Both the position numbers and the translations under genes were made by a program. A DNA stretch of 64,000 nt. Source: Armatimonadota bacterium (GTDB lineage Bacteria > Armatimonadota > Fimbriimonadia > Fimbriimonadales > Fimbriimonadaceae). The notes beneath the pieces were generated by a model that saw only the letters and a program-made list of their open reading frames with translations, made no database searches and was not told where the DNA came from. Within the stretch, counting starts at the first letter, position 1, and every line of letters starts with the position of its first letter. Below, piece after piece: positions 27,812 through 37,046 of this stretch. The DNA lies in the NCBI GenBank assembly GCA_029781035.1, contig JAKOXK010000069.1, positions 26,266-90,265 on the forward strand. Reading direction: 5' to 3'.

Positions 27812-29212
27812 ATGCAGCACGCGTGGAAGGTCGGGTTGTTCGTGGTCGTGTTCGTCGGCCTGATTCTTGGCGCGTATGCGCTCTTGCAGAAGAGCTTCTT
27901 CACCAAACCAACTGACACCTACTTTGCCGACTTTCGCGACGCAGGAGGCGTCTCGACCGGATCCACGGTTCTAATGTCGGGCGTCAAGGTCGGCCAGGTC
28001 ACGAAGGTGGAACTGCTGAGTGCCGACAAGGCTCGTTTGACCTTGGCTCTCGACAAAGGCACGCAGATCCCCCAGAACAGCACCGCATTCATTCCTGCGA
28101 GCTTCATCAGTATTGGGGACATCCGGATCCAGATCCTTCCGTCGTCATCTCACGACACCTTGATGCCGGGCGCGACGCTGCCGGGCCGTCTGGGCAGTCC
28201 GCTGGAGAGCTTCGCTCCCGAAAGCGGTGCCACGCTTACCGAGATCAACAAGACTCTGCAGTCGCTCCAAGGGCTCCTGGCAGACCAGGGCCTCAAGAAG
28301 CAACTGTCTGAACTGATGACATCGGTCAACGACACGACCAAGAAGTTCGGAAATGTAGCGGGCCGGATCGACGGCCTCGTCGCGGCGAACTCCAGCAAGT
28401 TCGGAGACCTCCTGACGACGACAGGCGACATGTTGAAGAACATGCAGGCAGTCAGCGTGGAGATCAAAGACCTGGTCGCTTCTGGACAGCTTCAGGACAA
28501 GACCACCGCGCTCCTTGACAACCTCAACGATGCAGTCAAACAAGGGAAGTCCCTTGTCAGCGACATGCAGGGCCTCGTCAACGACCCCGACATGCGGGCC
28601 AGCCTGAAGGAGACGATGAGCAACGTCAAGGTCATGTCGGATTCGGGGACCAAGATAGCCGCGAACGCTGAGGTGATGTCGAAGAACGGGATCGAGATCA
28701 GCGAGCAGACGAAGAGCCTGATGGCCAAGGCGAACAAGGTGGCCGACCAGGTTCAAGACCTCATCGACAAATTCAACAAGACCGTGGACCGGATTGGCAA
28801 CCAAGGCAAGAACATTCTGGATGGGGTTGAGTTCGAAGGGAACTTCGCCCAGGAGACAAGGCCCGACCGGCTCCGGACCGACGCGAACATCTTCTTACCG
28901 GTCGGCAAGGAGAAGGTGATGTTCGGGCTCTACGACGCGTTCGAGTCGAACAAACTCAACCTGCAGATGCTGCGACCCGTCAACGACAAGTTGGGCCTTC
29001 GGTACGGTGTGTACGCGAGCAAACCCGGAATTGGGGTAGATTACAACTTCGCATCGAGGCTCGGCCTCCGGGCGGACTTTTTCGGCTTGAACGAGACCCG
29101 ACTGGACATGCGCCTCAACTATCGGCTCGCCCCCGGAGTTTTCGGCTGGGCAGGAGTCGACCAACTGTTCGACCGGAACACAGCGTCGGTGGGTGTGACG
29201 GTCCGCAAGTAA
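27812..29212 (+). CDS. MlaD/MCE-domain protein with long C-terminal extension
   Basis: N-terminal TM helix, then an MCE core (VSTGSTVLMSGVKVGQVTKVEL...LALDKGTQIPQNSTAFI), then a long helical region. Confidence 0.75.
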   Translation: MQHAWKVGLFVVVFVGLILGAYALLQKSFFTKPTDTYFADFRDAGGVSTGSTVLMSGVKVGQVTKVELLSADKARLTLALDKGTQIPQNSTAFIPASFISIGDIRIQILPSSSHDTLMPGATLPGRLGSPLESFAPESGATLTEINKTLQSLQGLLADQGLKKQLSELMTSVNDTTKKFGNVAGRIDGLVAANSSKFGDLLTTTGDMLKNMQAVSVEIKDLVASGQLQDKTTALLDNLNDAVKQGKSLVSDMQGLVNDPDMRASLKETMSNVKVMSDSGTKIAANAEVMSKNGIEISEQTKSLMAKANKVADQVQDLIDKFNKTVDRIGNQGKNILDGVEFEGNFAQETRPDRLRTDANIFLPVGKEKVMFGLYDAFESNKLNLQMLRPVNDKLGLRYGVYASKPGIGVDYNFASRLGLRADFFGLNETRLDMRLNYRLAPGVFGWAGVDQLFDRNTASVGVTVRK

Positions 29213-29226
29213 GAGGTTTGGAACAC

Positions 29227-29784
29227 ATGAAGGTCATCCTGAAGCAGTCGGTCTCCAAGGTCGGCAAAGAGGGTCAGGTCGTGAACGTGAAGGACGGGTT
29301 CGCGCGCAACTACCTGTTCCCGCGCGGCATGGCGGTCGTCGCTGACAAAGCCCAGATGGGCGCCTTGGCCCGGCGGAACGCTAAGGCCGACGCCAAACTC
29401 GCCGAAACGAAGCACGAGGCAGAGGCGCTCGCAGAAAAGCTGCACGGTCAGTCGGTCGAGATCGAAGGACACGTCGGGAAAGACACCGGCAAACTCTTTG
29501 GCGCCATCACGTCGCAAGACATCGCGGATGCGATCAAGGCCAAGTTTGGCGTCGACGTTGAGAAGAGGGTCATCTTGCTCAGCCACCCGATCAAGCAGTT
29601 GGGAAACCACAGCGTCGACATTGACGTTCACCGTCAAGTCGATATCCGGCTCCACGTCAAAGTCTACGATCCTGAGCTCGGTGCCGACTCGAAGAAATCT
29701 GGCAAGAAAGAGGCGGCCCCCGCGGCCCCCGTCGCGGAGCCGGTCGTTGAGTCGGCACCTGAAGCCGAAGCGGTCGAGGCTTAG
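29227..29784 (+). CDS. rplI: 50S ribosomal protein L9
   Basis: MKVILKQSVSKVGKEGQVVNVKDGFARNYLFPRGMAV. ATG 29227 is preferred over the TTG 29218 given in the ORF track. Has a C-terminal Ala/Pro/Glu-rich tail. Confidence 0.9.
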   Translation: MKVILKQSVSKVGKEGQVVNVKDGFARNYLFPRGMAVVADKAQMGALARRNAKADAKLAETKHEAEALAEKLHGQSVEIEGHVGKDTGKLFGAITSQDIADAIKAKFGVDVEKRVILLSHPIKQLGNHSVDIDVHRQVDIRLHVKVYDPELGADSKKSGKKEAAPAAPVAEPVVESAPEAEAVEA

Positions 29785-29805
29785 GGCCCTTCCACCTAAG
29801 TGATG

Positions 29806-29845
29806 GCCGCCCCCCTCCCTCAGGAGGAGGGCGGTCTTTGTTGGT
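29806..29845 (+). terminator. Rho-independent terminator-like hairpin after rplI
   Basis: GC-rich stem GCCGCCCCCCTCC...GGAGGAGGGCGG followed by TCTTTGTT, 20 nt after the rplI stop. Confidence 0.55.
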
Positions 29846-30128
29846 GGTACCAGAGAACGCCGACCGAAGACCTGCCGACCGTGCCCAACAAGTCCAAGGG
29901 GGATCACCATATTCCGACCTTCCGGTTGCCATCGTTCAACCCAGTGTTCCTGTGGGTCCCGCCTTCAAGACTGTGAGCTGCCTCGTGAGGAATGCTTGTC
30001 TTGACCGGTGACTCTCTGAGTCTGATCTGAGGCCACCAGGTACTCCACTCCACTGATACCGGGACGCACGATGTGGATCGCCGGACGCTGCCCTTGGCTC
30101 ATGCGGGGGACTCAGGTATCAATGTCCC

Positions 30129-30980
30129 GTGCAAGTTGGATTCGTCACCTGTAGGGTTCTCCCGGAGCCGGACCACGACGAAGCACTGCTTGCCGAAGCC
30201 TGTAGGGAGGCCGGGTACGACGCCCGTTTGATCCCGTGGGACGATCCGCAAGCCAGCACCGACGACTTCGACCTTGTCGTGTTCCGGTCGTGCTGGAACT
30301 ACCATTTGCACGCCCGTGAGTTCCTGCAGTGGGTCGACAGGGTCAGTCAGACCAGTCGGATTCTCAACCCGCCGGACATCGTCCGATGGAACTCGCACAA
30401 AACCTACCTGAACGACCTAGCGAACAGAGGATGTCCTGTCGTTCCAACTGTTCACCTGCAGGCGGGTGAGCCTGTGGATCTCAACCCTCTCCTGCTCGAA
30501 CGGGACTGGAGTACGGTCGTCGTGAAGCCCTCGGTGTCGGCCGCCTCCTATCTGACGCGTTCCTTCGGTCCCGGGCAGGAGGCTGCGGCCCAGTCTTATC
30601 TCAGCGAACTCCTTGCCGATCGCGACGTCATGGTGCAGCCCTATCTCCCCTCGGTCGACACCGTCGGTGAACGGTCGGTGGTGTGGATCTCGGGAGAAGC
30701 CTCGCATGTGGCTCTCAAACGTCCTCGATTCGACGAAGACGAGGAGTCCATTGCGGGTGGCGACACGCCGACAAGGGACGAATGCGAGCTCATAGACAGA
30801 GCCATTGCCCCCTTCCGAGATCGGCTCCTTTACGCCCGTCTCGACCTCATGCAAGATCAGAACGGCCAGTGGCTGGTCAGTGAACTTGAACTGATCGAAC
30901 CCTCGCTGTACTTCCCCTTGTGCCCTGAAGCTGCCCGGCGGTTTGTCGATGGTTTTGCCCAGTCGGCAGACTGGTCATAG
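30129..30980 (+). CDS. ATP-grasp domain protein (RimK / glutathione synthetase-like ligase)
   Basis: The N-terminal pre-ATP-grasp pattern (VGFVTCRVLPEPDHDEALLAEACREAGYDARLIPWDD) and central VVKPSVSAASYL resemble ATP-grasp ligases. GTG start. Confidence 0.55.
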   Translation: MQVGFVTCRVLPEPDHDEALLAEACREAGYDARLIPWDDPQASTDDFDLVVFRSCWNYHLHAREFLQWVDRVSQTSRILNPPDIVRWNSHKTYLNDLANRGCPVVPTVHLQAGEPVDLNPLLLERDWSTVVVKPSVSAASYLTRSFGPGQEAAAQSYLSELLADRDVMVQPYLPSVDTVGERSVVWISGEASHVALKRPRFDEDEESIAGGDTPTRDECELIDRAIAPFRDRLLYARLDLMQDQNGQWLVSELELIEPSLYFPLCPEAARRFVDGFAQSADWS

Positions 30981-31409
30981 ATTCGCCGTATAGTGCTGAC
31001 ACACGCCGCCCACGCCTTCGATAACGGTTCGGCGGTCACGATCCATGGGTACCGAATCACACACTGGCGACACGGCGAACGGGGAAGGCCCCTTGTTCGC
31101 GACAGGGCTGGCCGTGTCGTGGCAAACCTCAGCGACTGTGACGCTCGATGGGCCGTCACTTAAAATCTCGTCTCCAAGAGCGACTTTAGCGACCTCTGGA
31201 GGCATCGTTATTCGATTCGGAAGGTCCTCGATGACCGGAAACGGCGGGCCGCCTATCCCGGTGGCAGGATCCATACGGAGCATTGGAGACTGGGCGAACA
31301 ACAGTCGGAATGGTGAGTCCTGCGACGCTGGATCTTGGATCGCAGTCTGCCTGCCGATCTGCAACCGAATCTAATCTACTTCCGCAGAGCCTTGCGGTAA
31401 GTTCACGAG

Positions 31410-32267
31410 ATGCCACTGGCTCTTGTATGCGCCGCCATCCTGACAACATCGATTCAGGACAATCCTGCCTTGTACAAAGCAGAAGTTCTGAAGTGGCGTC
31501 AGGAGCAGGAAGACGGCCTCAAGGGCGAAGAGGGTTGGTTGACCGTTGTGGGTCTCTGCTGGCTGGAACAAGGCGGTACGCCCTTCACCTACTCCGATTC
31601 TGGCGTTCTGACGCTTCCTGCGACGACCAAGGACGGCAGTGTCGGCATCTTCACTCGTCAAGGCGACAAGGTGAGTGTGCGCGTCCTCAAGCCGGACGTC
31701 GTGAAAGTCGGCGGGAAGTCCGTTCCTCAGGCGGATCTTGACGGCACCAGCACAGTCACAGTCGGTACCTATTCGATGGTCGTCATCCAGCGAGGCACGC
31801 GCGTTGGCATCCGAGTGTTCGACTCGAACAGCAAGGCCCTGCAGGAGTTCAAGGGGCGCCGCTGGTACGCCATCGATCCTGCGATGAAGATCCAAGCGAA
31901 GTTCGTGGCGCACGATCCACCGCGCACGATGCCGATCACCAATGTGCTCGGCGATACGAGCCCAGTGCCGAATCCCGGATACGTCGAGTTCACCCTCGGT
32001 GGCAAGACATGTCGGCTTGAGGCTGAGGACGAGGGTGGCAGTCTGTTCTTCAACTTCAAGGACAAGACGAGCGGCAAGTCCACCTATCCTGCCGGCCGCT
32101 TCCTGTACGCTCCCAAGCCCACAGACGGCATCGTGACTCTTGACTTCAATAGGGCGGTCAACCCGCCTTGCGCCTTCACCGCTTATGCCACGTGCCCGTT
32201 GCCGTCTTCTGAGAACACGCTCGACGTCGAAGTGAAGGCCGGAGAACTGACCCACCATCCAAAATGA
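31410..32267 (+). CDS. DUF1684 domain protein
   Basis: YAIDPAMKIQAKFVAHDPP...GKSTYPAGRFLYAP...LDFNRAVNPPCAFTAYATCPLP matches my recollection of the DUF1684 C-terminal signature. Confidence 0.8.
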   Translation: MPLALVCAAILTTSIQDNPALYKAEVLKWRQEQEDGLKGEEGWLTVVGLCWLEQGGTPFTYSDSGVLTLPATTKDGSVGIFTRQGDKVSVRVLKPDVVKVGGKSVPQADLDGTSTVTVGTYSMVVIQRGTRVGIRVFDSNSKALQEFKGRRWYAIDPAMKIQAKFVAHDPPRTMPITNVLGDTSPVPNPGYVEFTLGGKTCRLEAEDEGGSLFFNFKDKTSGKSTYPAGRFLYAPKPTDGIVTLDFNRAVNPPCAFTAYATCPLPSSENTLDVEVKAGELTHHPK

Positions 32268-32302
32268 CGGCCGCAGCCACGCCCAAAGCCCTGGCTGACC
32301 GC

Positions 32303-32674
32303 CTAGACGTGTTGGTCCACTAGGATCGGGTTTCCGTCTGGATCGACGGCAATGAAGCTCGCCGGTCCTGTCGTCGTCTCGTCCGCCTCCATCTGAAGCT
32401 CCAGCCCTTGCGCTTTCAGTTCTTTTTGGATCTCGCGGATGTCGGTGAAGGAGTCGAGCTTCTGAGCATTGCTGTCCCATCCGGGGTTGAAGGTCAGGAT
32501 GTTCTTCTCAAACAGGCCCTGGAACAGGCCGATCACGTGGCTTCCGTTCTTGAGGATCAGCCACTTCTGAGAGGCGTCACCGGCGAAGGGCAAAAAACCG
32601 AGTTTTTCGTAAAAGGCCTGTGAGGCCTTGATGTCCTTGACGGCCAGACTGACCGAAAACGCTCCGAGTTGCAT
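32303..32674 (-). CDS. VOC (glyoxalase / bleomycin-resistance) family protein
   Basis: MQLGAFSVSLAVKDIKASQAFYEKLGF...; 123 aa, typical single VOC module. Confidence 0.8.
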   Translation of the reverse strand: MQLGAFSVSLAVKDIKASQAFYEKLGFLPFAGDASQKWLILKNGSHVIGLFQGLFEKNILTFNPGWDSNAQKLDSFTDIREIQKELKAQGLELQMEADETTTGPASFIAVDPDGNPILVDQHV

Positions 32675-32762
32675 CGTTGGGCTCCAGGTGACTCTGGCGA
32701 TTATGCCTCAAGGAGTCAGGGGCCGGGCCCTTCTTGACTCCACTGGTAGTCTTGGATCCACT

Positions 32763-33482
32763 ATGTTCTTAGGTGTCGCCTGCTTCGCCTTGGCGGCTAT
32801 GCCGGTCAAAGGGTCTTGCCTCCACTTTGAAGGGGACGGCCAGGTGGCGGTCGTGCCGTACCAGAAGGAACTCGATCTGCCGCAAGCAACGATCGAGCTA
32901 TGGATCAAGGCGGAGCCCAATGACCGCTACTACAACTATCTCTTGTGCCGCAACTATGCCAACTTCGGCTGGGGCTTGGCCCTGCACGGTCGGCCCGACA
33001 AGGTCTTCAGCCAAGCCACAGAGGCTAAGGTTCCGATCGGAGAATGGACGCATCTCGCCTTGGTGTACAGCGACAAGGCCGAAAAAGTCTACGTGAACGG
33101 TGAACTGGCCGCTGCCCGTGAGCGCGGATCGTCGCACCAACCGTTCGTCCACGACTTGTGGATCGGCAACAGCGATATGTTCGGTTCGCCCGGCGACGAG
33201 CCGACCCCCTTCCATGGCTCCATCGACGAACTCCGGATTTGGAACAAACCCCACACCCAGGCCGAAGTGCGAGCGACGATGAAGCGGTACCTGCGTGGCA
33301 ACGAGCCGCACCTGGTCGGTTATTTCACGTTCGACGAGGGGCAAGGCCAGATCATCCACGACTTCTCGGGACACCTGATCTCGGGCTGCCTCGGCCACTC
33401 GTTCCAAGCCGACGAGGCCGACCCCGCTTGGGCGCAGGGAGTGGCCCTTGCGGGGCGCAAACCCCACGCGCGAGAGCGGTGA
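32763..33482 (+). CDS. LamG (concanavalin A-like lectin/glucanase) domain secreted protein
   Basis: Start moved to ATG 32763 (MFLGVACFALAAMPVKG). Contains ATIELWIKAEP...EWTHLALVY...VYVNGELAA...FHGSIDELRIWNKPHTQAEV. Confidence 0.75.
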   Translation: MFLGVACFALAAMPVKGSCLHFEGDGQVAVVPYQKELDLPQATIELWIKAEPNDRYYNYLLCRNYANFGWGLALHGRPDKVFSQATEAKVPIGEWTHLALVYSDKAEKVYVNGELAAARERGSSHQPFVHDLWIGNSDMFGSPGDEPTPFHGSIDELRIWNKPHTQAEVRATMKRYLRGNEPHLVGYFTFDEGQGQIIHDFSGHLISGCLGHSFQADEADPAWAQGVALAGRKPHARER

Positions 33483-33516
33483 CACGGGCTTCGGGCTGCC
33501 TGGTGCGCGCCACCGG

Positions 33517-34239
33517 TCAGAGAAGATGTTGGTGAAGGGAGGACGACACTTCGTCGGATTGCGGCGATGGGACCACGACCGGCACGCTGCGACCCATTCG
33601 AGCGACGATCCTGTCGGTCAGGGCCTGGACTTTCCTGTTGGCCGAGCGCACCAGGGCGCGGTAGCCGAATGCGGCAGTAATCCACAGTGCGGCCACGGTG
33701 CCCAAGACGACCTGCGACTTGATGTCGCCCGGCATCCTTGTCTTGTCCCAGATCAAGGCCCAGGCGATGGCCGACAGGAAGACCGCCGGCAGCCAGGTCG
33801 CCAGTCCGGCAAAGATGGCGCTCGTCCGGATCCGGAGCGTGGAACGAGCGCCACGGGCTGAGACGTGTACCGCGCACTGTGTCGCTCCCACCTGGGCAGT
33901 GTAGCTGAGACCACTGCCGAGGTGAACGACTGTCGAGGTCGGCACGAACTCCTCGACAACGGCAGCCACCACCGCGTCCGTGTCTTCGTTCAGAATCGTG
34001 CGCTCGATGTCGCGTGCGAAGGACCGGCTGGTGCCCGTGTCGCTCCCTGACACCGCCATTTCGCGCATCGCTTGGTCCACGGCCCGGGCGCCGAGGCCCA
34101 GTTCGCGCCCCACTCGAAAGACCTCGCCCTCCGTGACACCGTCCCCCGGTGTTCCCGTGCCTCCTGGCTTCTCCGACTGGATCTCAGCGGCGCGCTGTAC
34201 GATCTGGGCGACCTGTTTCTCGGTGAAGCGTCGTTCCAT
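33517..34239 (-). CDS. Hypothetical membrane protein
   Basis: Soluble N-terminal region (MERRFTEKQVAQIVQRAAEIQ...) followed by C-terminal TM helices (IFAGLATWLPAVFLSAIAWALIW; VVLGTVAALWITAAFGY). Start taken at ATG 34239. Confidence 0.55.
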   Translation of the reverse strand: MERRFTEKQVAQIVQRAAEIQSEKPGGTGTPGDGVTEGEVFRVGRELGLGARAVDQAMREMAVSGSDTGTSRSFARDIERTILNEDTDAVVAAVVEEFVPTSTVVHLGSGLSYTAQVGATQCAVHVSARGARSTLRIRTSAIFAGLATWLPAVFLSAIAWALIWDKTRMPGDIKSQVVLGTVAALWITAAFGYRALVRSANRKVQALTDRIVARMGRSVPVVVPSPQSDEVSSSLHQHLL

Positions 34240-34426
34240 CCACCTGCTTCGTTCTACGACGACGAACACAAACCTGTTTCTATCGACCCACTTCCTCGGC
34301 TTCAGAATGCCGCTGCGCCGACCAATGGGCGGTGCTTAGGCCCGCTATACTGGCCCGTGCGTCCCACTTGGCTCGTACCGAGGCTCGCCATCCTCCTCGC
34401 CCGGGGGGCTTGGGGAAGCCGCGGTC

Positions 34427-34840
34427 GTGAACGCGGTCTTCGCGGGGACGGCCCGGGAGTTTCCGTGGGAGGGCGCGAGGTTGGGCGTCGCCACGCTGGT
34501 GACGGCTGCCGCGTTGGCGGTCATCGTCGCCGCCGTCGACTTTTCCAAATCAGCCCGCTCCAAGGCGCCGGTCGCCCTGCCACCGACTTCTCGCGATTGG
34601 TTGCCCAGCCGGGCGGCGTTCGTCTCTCTCGGTTGGTTGGTCTGCGTCGGATGGAGCGTGCTGTTCGGCGGCTTCTGGGGCCTGCGGCCAGACATGGGGC
34701 AAGGCGGAGTCGGCATGCTTAGCATCACCTGCGCCACGTATGGCGGGGCTATCGGGGCTGGTACGGCGCTGGTCGTCCGTTTGGTCCTGCTCAAACTGAG
34801 CCAGGGCCTGGCGGACCGTCGGGCCCGGTCCAATCATTGA
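34427..34840 (+). CDS. Hypothetical small membrane protein
   Basis: Very high GC3 in this frame by inspection, with 3-4 hydrophobic helices (LGVATLVTAAALAVIVAAV; FVSLGWLVCVGWSVLFGGFWGL; GGAIGAGTALVVRLVLL). GTG start. Confidence 0.45.
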   Translation: MNAVFAGTAREFPWEGARLGVATLVTAAALAVIVAAVDFSKSARSKAPVALPPTSRDWLPSRAAFVSLGWLVCVGWSVLFGGFWGLRPDMGQGGVGMLSITCATYGGAIGAGTALVVRLVLLKLSQGLADRRARSNH

Positions 34841-34906
34841 CGTCCCGCCAGGTCGGGGGCCTCTCGGCTAGCTGCTGCAGCCCGGCTGTCACGATATACT
34901 GGTGTC

Positions 34907-35221
34907 GTGGGCTCTGCAGCGGAGTACTGGAAGGAGGTGCGCAGGCGCTTGGTCTGGCCCCTCCTTGCATGGTGTACCGTCGCTTGGGTCGCCTGGGGGA
35001 TCTGGCTGCAAGCGAACCCAATATACGTCTTGGTTCCAGGAACGGCGCCGGTGTTCGCGGTGGTCATGCGGCAGTACCTGTCGAGGGTCGCCGTGCTCGC
35101 CGCTGTCGACTTTGCGGGCATTGCCTTGTTCGTGTCCCTATGGTTTCGGTTCTCGGCCAACCAGCACTGGCGACTGGAAGATGTGTGGCCCCACGGCAGG
35201 CGCGCAAAGAAGGGCCGCTAA
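34907..35221 (+). CDS. Hypothetical small membrane protein
   Basis: Good GC3 and hydrophobic helices (LVWPLLAWCTVAWVAWGIWL; VAVLAAVDFAGIALFVSLWF). The 3' end overlaps the tail of the convergent ORF 35138..35596. Confidence 0.45.
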   Translation: MGSAAEYWKEVRRRLVWPLLAWCTVAWVAWGIWLQANPIYVLVPGTAPVFAVVMRQYLSRVAVLAAVDFAGIALFVSLWFRFSANQHWRLEDVWPHGRRAKKGR

Positions 35222-35596
35222 GCTGTCGCGGACCGTAGTCGTGCTTTCAGGCGGATGCGGTCCTGAGAGTCCTTCGGACCGGGGTGCGAAAGACATCACC
35301 CCGGCCACGGCCCGCCAGTCGCGGTTGTAGGCAGAGTAGCCGTCGCGCAGCTGTCCGCGCGTCTGGCCGTTGCGGTGTTGGGCGTCGCGCCACCGGTAGG
35401 GGACGACCGTCGAGGGCCTGGTGCCCGTTTGGAAATGGTTGTGGCTGCCCGTGTAGTGGGATCGGGGGGCTCCGCGCAGTTTGTCTCCGTGCTTGCTGTG
35501 GGTCATGGGGTGTCCCTGGCCGTATTGGCCGAGGGCGACCGACGGCGAGAGAAGAGCGATGCATAGGGCGAGTGCGGTCGCAAGTATTCGTTTCAT
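35138..35596 (-). CDS. Hypothetical small secreted His/Arg/Gly-rich protein (3' end uncertain)
   Basis: Clear signal peptide MKRILATALALCIALLSPSVALGQ and high GC3 through ...NRDWRAVAG. The last ~55 codons run through repeat A, have lower GC3, and overlap the convergent gene. Confidence 0.5.
   Translation of the reverse strand: MKRILATALALCIALLSPSVALGQYGQGHPMTHSKHGDKLRGAPRSHYTGSHNHFQTGTRPSTVVPYRWRDAQHRNGQTRGQLRDGYSAYNRDWRAVAGVMSFAPRSEGLSGPHPPESTTTVRDSLAALLCAPAVGPHIFQSPVLVGREPKP
35253..35316 (+). repeat. Dispersed 64-nt repeat, copy A (contains hairpin CCGGGGTG-N10-CACCCCGG)
   Basis: GGATGCGGTCCTGAGAGTCCTTCGGACCGGGGTGCGAAAGACATCACCCCGGCCACGGCCCGCC matches 37047..37110 at 60/64 positions, in the same orientation. 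Confidence 0.9.
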
Positions 35597-35692
35597 GGCC
35601 TTTCCTAACTCCCTGCGACTGCGCCGTCACGCGCCGGGCCGACGTGCCAGGGACCCTTGACCCCTTTTCTTGGCGGTCCCATATGGGTTTCA

Positions 35693-35788
35693 CCGGTCGT
35701 GAAAGAGGGTTCTAACTTGGCAAGTCGCTCTTATAATGCACACATGCGTCAGGATCCTCTTGAAGTACAGGAGCAAGTCAAGCGCCTG
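35693..35788 (+). repeat. Dispersed 96-nt repeat, copy B (promoter-like region plus first 15 codons of gene 35744)
   Basis: Matches 36910..37005 at about 80/96 positions by hand count; the first 27 nt (CCGGTCGTGAAAGAGGGTTCTAACTTG) are identical. Confidence 0.85.
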
Positions 35789-36271
35789 GAGGGCCGTCTC
35801 GCCAGGCAGTCCCGAGCGTTGGCCTTCACGTGGCTGGCCCTCGCCGGCGTTCTGGTGGCCGGCTTCACGGTGCCGCCCAAGACCGTTGAAGCCACCAAGT
35901 TCGTGCTGCGCGGCGAAGACGGCAAGGTCCGCGCCACCTTGGCACCGACCGCCCAAGGCAGCGCCTTGACCCTCAGCGACGCGCGCGGCCGCCCCTCGGC
36001 CGTGTTGCAAGCGATCGCCATCGGCCCCGTGCTTTCGTTCACGAGCGACACGGGCAAGGAGTGCGCGCGCCTACAGGTGGCCAAGGGCCAGCCGGCGCTG
36101 AGCCTTTACGACGAGTCGAACGCCAAACGCCGGGTCGGCCTGACCGTCTTGCCGGACCGGTGCGGCCTCCAGGTCACTGGCGCCCAGGAGCAGGAGCGCG
36201 TTGTCCTGCAGGACACGAAGACCGGGCCCGTGCTGCGGTTCCAGGGCAAGTCGGTCCTTCCGTCGAAGTGA
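35744..36271 (+). CDS. Hypothetical single-pass membrane protein with short beta-repeat ectodomain
   Basis: ATG 35744 lies 6 nt after TATAAT. N-terminal coiled segment, TM helix LAFTWLALAGVLVAGF, then about five repeats of the type L.(G/D)..GK.R..L: LRGEDGKVRATL, LSDARGRPSAVL, FTSDTGKECARL, LYDESNAKRRVGL, LQDTKTGPVLRF. Confidence 0.6.
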   Translation: MRQDPLEVQEQVKRLEGRLARQSRALAFTWLALAGVLVAGFTVPPKTVEATKFVLRGEDGKVRATLAPTAQGSALTLSDARGRPSAVLQAIAIGPVLSFTSDTGKECARLQVAKGQPALSLYDESNAKRRVGLTVLPDRCGLQVTGAQEQERVVLQDTKTGPVLRFQGKSVLPSK

Positions 36272-36353
36272 CTGCCGCCGCGCAGGCGGGCCGACTGTTT
36301 TGGACTCGCCAGCACCGCCGGCGAATCTGTCGTGCTACCATCCTAAGTCCGAC

Positions 36354-36653
36354 ATGACCCCGAGGCGGCCTATGCGTACGTTCGACTGCCAGGCCCTGCT
36401 GACTGCGACCCTAGCGGCGCTAGCGGCGGGTTGCAGCTTCGCCCGTGCTAGCATCGAAAACAAGGCACGCGCGGTTCACATCGGGATGTTGGAGCCGCAA
36501 GTCGTGAGGATGATCGGCGACCCGGTGGGCTACAGCTACGGGACTCTCGGCCGCACTCGGTGGAAGGAACTGCTCTACAGCGAAGGCCAGCGCACCCTGC
36601 GCGTGAAGGTCGTTGACGGCGAGGTCGTCCAGATCACTGTCCACAAGCAGTAG
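36354..36653 (+). CDS. Hypothetical small lipoprotein
   Basis: Start taken at ATG 36354. LLTATLAALAAGCSF looks like a lipobox. 99 aa. Confidence 0.55.
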   Translation: MTPRRPMRTFDCQALLTATLAALAAGCSFARASIENKARAVHIGMLEPQVVRMIGDPVGYSYGTLGRTRWKELLYSEGQRTLRVKVVDGEVVQITVHKQ

Positions 36654-36670
36654 GCACTCTTGACTGGTGG

Positions 36671-36712
36671 CCGGGGTGAAGGGGATGGTTCTTTCCCGTC
36701 TCACCCCGGTTT
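36671..36712 (+). terminator. Terminator-like hairpin after the lipoprotein gene
   Basis: CCGGGGTGA-N21-TCACCCCGG (9-bp stem) followed by TTT, 18 nt after the stop at 36653. Confidence 0.5.
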
Positions 36713-36909
36713 GAAGAACATCTGGGCTTTCGGGGGCGTGGGCCGGGTCTTGGCGCGTCTTCGTCAGGTGCGGAGCGCCCCCATCGACGGTCTGCGCGTC
36801 GAGGGTTCTTCGAACATGGCTATGGCCGCCGGAGCCGGCAGCGACAGAAGCGCCCGCGGGCCATAACCATGCCACCCCCGAGTCAGTTACGGTTCGTCTG
36901 GCCACCCGC

Positions 36910-37005
36910 CCGGTCGTGAAAGAGGGTTCTAACTTGACAGGGCGCCCTTAGGATGCGCGCACGCGTCAGGATCCTGTCGGACTGCAGGAGCGTGTCAAGC
37001 GCCTG
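36910..37005 (+). repeat. Dispersed 96-nt repeat, copy B' (decayed copy of the 35744 gene 5' end)
   Basis: Same register as copy B, but TATAAT has become TAGGAT and ATG has become ACG. The downstream frame has no credible ORF. Confidence 0.85.
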
Positions 37006-37046
37006 TGTCTGCCCACCTGCGGCCACGGCCCGCCGTGTGCTCGTGT

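Noticed and set aside
30975-31409. Possible genes in the ATP-grasp / DUF1684 gap (30975..31364 minus, 129 aa; 31045..31374 plus, 109 aa)
   Set aside because: The minus-strand frame has moderately protein-like composition and GC3, but it has only a TTG start, no SD, no recognisable motif, and a competing overlapping ORF. Evidence is insufficient to call either.
31371-32480. 369-aa minus-strand ORF
   Set aside because: Antisense to the DUF1684 gene, overlaps the VOC gene region, and has an Arg/Gly-rich composition.
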